64,000 nt of DNA from Monocercomonoides exilis PA203 (taxonomy: Eukaryota; Protista; Preaxostyla). The position numbers and the translations under genes are program-made. Below, piece after piece: positions 60,930-64,000 of the stretch. Location: positions 62,001-126,000 of the forward strand of contig LSRY02000066.1 of the NCBI GenBank assembly GCA_001643675.2. Reading direction: 5' to 3'. Each line of letters begins with the position of its first letter. Position 1 is the first letter of the stretch. The notes under the pieces were generated by a model. It was not told where the DNA came from. It was given only the letters and a program-made list of their open reading frames with translations, and searched no databases.

Positions 60930-63900
60930 TCTAAATGATGACAAGTGTTTCATATGCAAAAAAGAAGGAGAGCTTCTCTGTTGTGATGGTAAATGTCTTC
61001 GTTCTTTCCACACTTCGTGTTTGGGAATGACGAAAATTCCGAAAGGAGAAAAATGGCTGTGCCCAGAATGCAAAGCATATGAGACATTGTTGAAGATACG
61101 CCAAACGAGAATGAACAACAAAATGGAAGAGGAAGAACAAGTTGATCAGAAAATTGATAACAAAAATGAGAATGAAATGAAAAAGGAAACAGAAAGCGAA
61201 GAAAATGGAGCAAAAAGCATTCAAATGACTGAAGATGGAGAATTGGCACTTCAAAATAAAGATATATTGTCATCAGCATTAGAAGCAACATCAATGGAGA
61301 TTCCACCAGAACCATTATCAGCCTCTTTATCTCCTTCTCCAAACACATCAGCCTCTTCTTCTCTTTCTCCTTCTGATTCATCCTCATCAAATTCATCATC
61401 ATCAACATCTACAGAAGAAGATGCAACGTCTTCTCTTTCCTCTCCTGTCAATCCAACAGTCACACCAACACCAACACCTTCATCATCATCATCATCATCG
61501 AATCAGACAGACATTAAAATACATTCAGCTGCTGTTTCTGCTCTGTCCACACCACAGTTTGTGGAAGGCACATGGACTGTCACAGAATGGATGGAAGCAG
61601 ACAGAGAATCCTCTTTCTCTCAGCTTTTGCAGTCTTTCCAAAGAGAAGAGGAAGAAAAACGTGCAAAAAGGAAAGGAAAGTCGCACAAATACTTTGATTC
61701 AATGGAAGTTGAACAAGACAACTTCCAAATGGCTCCTTCTTTGTACAAAGTTGAGCCTCGCCAGCTGTTTAAAGTTGGTTCTCCCAATTCAGTTTCCTAC
61801 TCATCATTTGACATTCTTTATTCGTCTTCATCTGCTTCTTCTTCTTCTGCTTCAATTCAGCAATCGTCTTCTTCTGCGTTTCACAATCCATTTCATCACA
61901 TGATTTCTCAGTCATCTCAAAGCCTTTCTCCTGCTTCATCCTCCTCCTCCTCTTCTTCTTCATCTATCTCTTCTGCCCTGAATTCTCCCTCATCAATGTC
62001 TATTGCCTCTCCTTCTCCTTCTCCTTTCCCTCTTCTTTCACCCACCCCTTTCCCATTCCAATCAGCTGCCTTGTCTTCAAACACTCCAATTCAGAACAAA
62101 ACATTCTCACCAACTGTCTTCTCACCTCCTCCTTCTCCTTCTTCTGTCTCTTTTTCGTTCTCTGGCATTCACATGTCATCTGACTCAGAAATCAAACAGA
62201 ACTTGTCTGATGCTTCTTCTCATTCAACTACAAAACAGGGTGATTTAATGGCATTTGATACACTTTCTGCAAATCAGTCTGCTTTTCAACAGCTTTCTTC
62301 GTTTTTGAATTCTTCCACAACACAAACATCGACAGATGCAACTTCTTCTTCTTCTTCGTCTTCATCTTCTGTATCAAATGCTGATTTATCAACTTCTCCT
62401 CAATCAGCAACCACTACAACCAACCAAACAACTGATTCATCATCATCATCATCATCATCATCATCTTCTTCTTCTTCATTCAAACCTCATTCTGGTTTTA
62501 TGTGTCTGTCGTCGTCTGATCGGCTGTTTTTGCTTCGCCTTGCGTTGCAAATGGCACTCTCAACAGAGACATTCAGAGAAGAACAAGCAAAAACAACAGA
62601 GAAAGCAGCAGTGAAGGAAAAAGAAAGGAAAGAAAGAGAGAAAGACATCAGAAATGCATACAATGAAATAGAAAAGGAGAGAAAAGAACTGGTAAGGAAT
62701 ATATTTGAGATAGAGAAAGCATTGATCAACGAGAAATACACGAAAAATGCGGATGATATCAAAGCACACTTTGAAAAAGAAGGATTGACAGCACCGAAAA
62801 AGCTGCTGAGCATCGCATTTACACCACAGAAACAGGAAGAGAAAGGAGGCAAGAAAAAAGATGAGGGCAAAAAATCGAATAAAAAAGGAGGAAAAGAAAA
62901 GAAGACTCAATCAAAGAATTCGAATAAAGCAGGCAAAAAACAAGAGAAAGGTGCAGAGAAAGAGAAGAAATCGGAAGAACAAAAAAGTGACGAGAAAAAT
63001 TCAGATGCAACTGAAGCAATAAATCAGAAAACACCACAAAAATCACAAAGTGCACAAAAGGAAGCAAAAGAAAAAGAACAAAAAGCACAAAATGAAAGTC
63101 AGATTTCCTCTTTGATTGAAGCAGCAGTCAAGAAAGGAGGACAAACAAAGACAAACAAGATTCCTTTACAGGAGCATCCATTGTATTTATTGCTTGTTGA
63201 GAACTTGAAAGGGATGAAGAAAAAATTGGCGAAGAAGAACGAATTGAAGCAAGCAATTGAGATGATGAATGACAAATATGGATTTGATCAAGAATTATCA
63301 GAAGCGTTGAGAACAAAAATCTTTGGAGAAAAGAAGGATTCAAAAGAAAAGAGTGAAAAAAGCGACAAGAATGAAAAGAATGAAAAGAATGAGAAGAACG
63401 AAAAGAATACCAAAAATGAAAAGAACGAGAAAAACAGCAAGAAAAGCGAAGAAGAAAAAGAAAAATCTGACAAGTCAGAATCTTCAATGCCTACTGTGTG
63501 TTTGCCAGCAAAAGCGCTATCTTCTTTCTATTCACTCTTTTTGTCTTTTCCTTCTTTGTTGGTTGGGCCAAATGTTGTTCCATTGTCAATAACATTGCTT
63601 GGCTATGACAGAATGTTCAGAGAATATTTCGTCTTTTCGGGTGAAAAGGGAAGAATATGGATCAGAGACAAGATGAACAGAATAAGAGAATTCTCAATCG
63701 AAAAGGAAAAAGACGAAAGTGCGAAAAAGAGCGAGCAAAATAAGATACATATCCAAAACTATCCCAGTCTTTCTTATTCAAATTCTCCATCTTTCCCAGC
63801 ACTTTCTCCAATTTTGTCTTCTTCTCATTGCTCAGACACAACAATTCCATCATCATCATCTTTATCTTCATCTCATTTAATCACATCTTTGTATCCAACA

Positions 63901-64000
63901 GACTCTGTTCCCATCCATTCATCTTCTCTTCTTCCGTTTTCCTCTTTTTATGACAAGAATATTCCACAACATTATTCTTCACCTTTTTCACAACCTTCTT
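57652..64000 (+). CDS. DDT + PHD + WHIM1 + WHIM2 protein (ISWI-complex regulatory subunit, ACF1/BAZ/Itc1-like), truncated by the window end
   Basis: Exons 57652-57670, 57743-57840 and 57907 to the end (frame 1, open in the stretches I translated). KWPIED and DDT-like VPQVIMDDFIETYDGLLKVCKAFNIPSSTFTITELERVL at about 58400, PHD CFICKKEGELLCCDGKCLRSFHTSC...WLCPEC at 60946-61071, WHIM1 GFMCLSSSDRLFLLRLALQMALSTETFR at about 62500, WHIM2 LGYDRMFREYFVF at about 63600. Confidence 0.85.

Noticed and set aside
30117-63871. Many antisense and alternate-frame ORFs rich in Ser, Phe, Leu, Lys or Arg
   Set aside because: Shadow frames of trinucleotide low-complexity tracts inside real genes
1-64000. Alternative genetic code
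   Set aside because: Long host ORFs are open under the standard code, use TGG for conserved Trp, and end in TAA, TAG or TGA

Overview
AT-rich eukaryotic genomic DNA with short GT-AG introns (donor often GTTTG), the standard genetic code and long poly-Ser/Glu/Lys tracts. The style resembles a metamonad or oxymonad protist such as Monocercomonoides, which is an inference only. The window has two parts. (1) About 1-28.5 kb is a mobile/accessory zone. Its centrepiece is an intact 3-exon gene (9239-13135) for a Sola-type DDD transposase that carries a complete ubiquitin-specific protease (USP, peptidase C19) domain, apparently inserted into its N-terminal region. A divergently oriented paralog (4715-2244) keeps the same N-terminal domain, intron position and USP domain but lacks the transposase core. 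The pair is bracketed by 543-bp identical inverted repeats. The transposase gene has a 433-bp hairpin upstream and a compact GC-rich structured-RNA candidate immediately downstream. The zone also holds patchworks of decayed gene fragments, Merlin/IS1595-like and PIF/Harbinger/IS5-like transposase pseudogenes, and several MITE families, some with TA flanks. (2) About 29-64 kb holds mostly ordinary host genes: a CH-domain coiled-coil protein, a PAP2 phosphatase, an RRM protein, eIF4G, a TMEM107-like gene head-to-head with an RIIa/EF-hand (RSP7-like) gene, a 30-aa tandem-repeat protein, and a DDT-PHD-WHIM chromatin-remodelling subunit running off the right end. Further MITE/foldback elements are interspersed. 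All calls come from reading motifs by eye; no database search was run.
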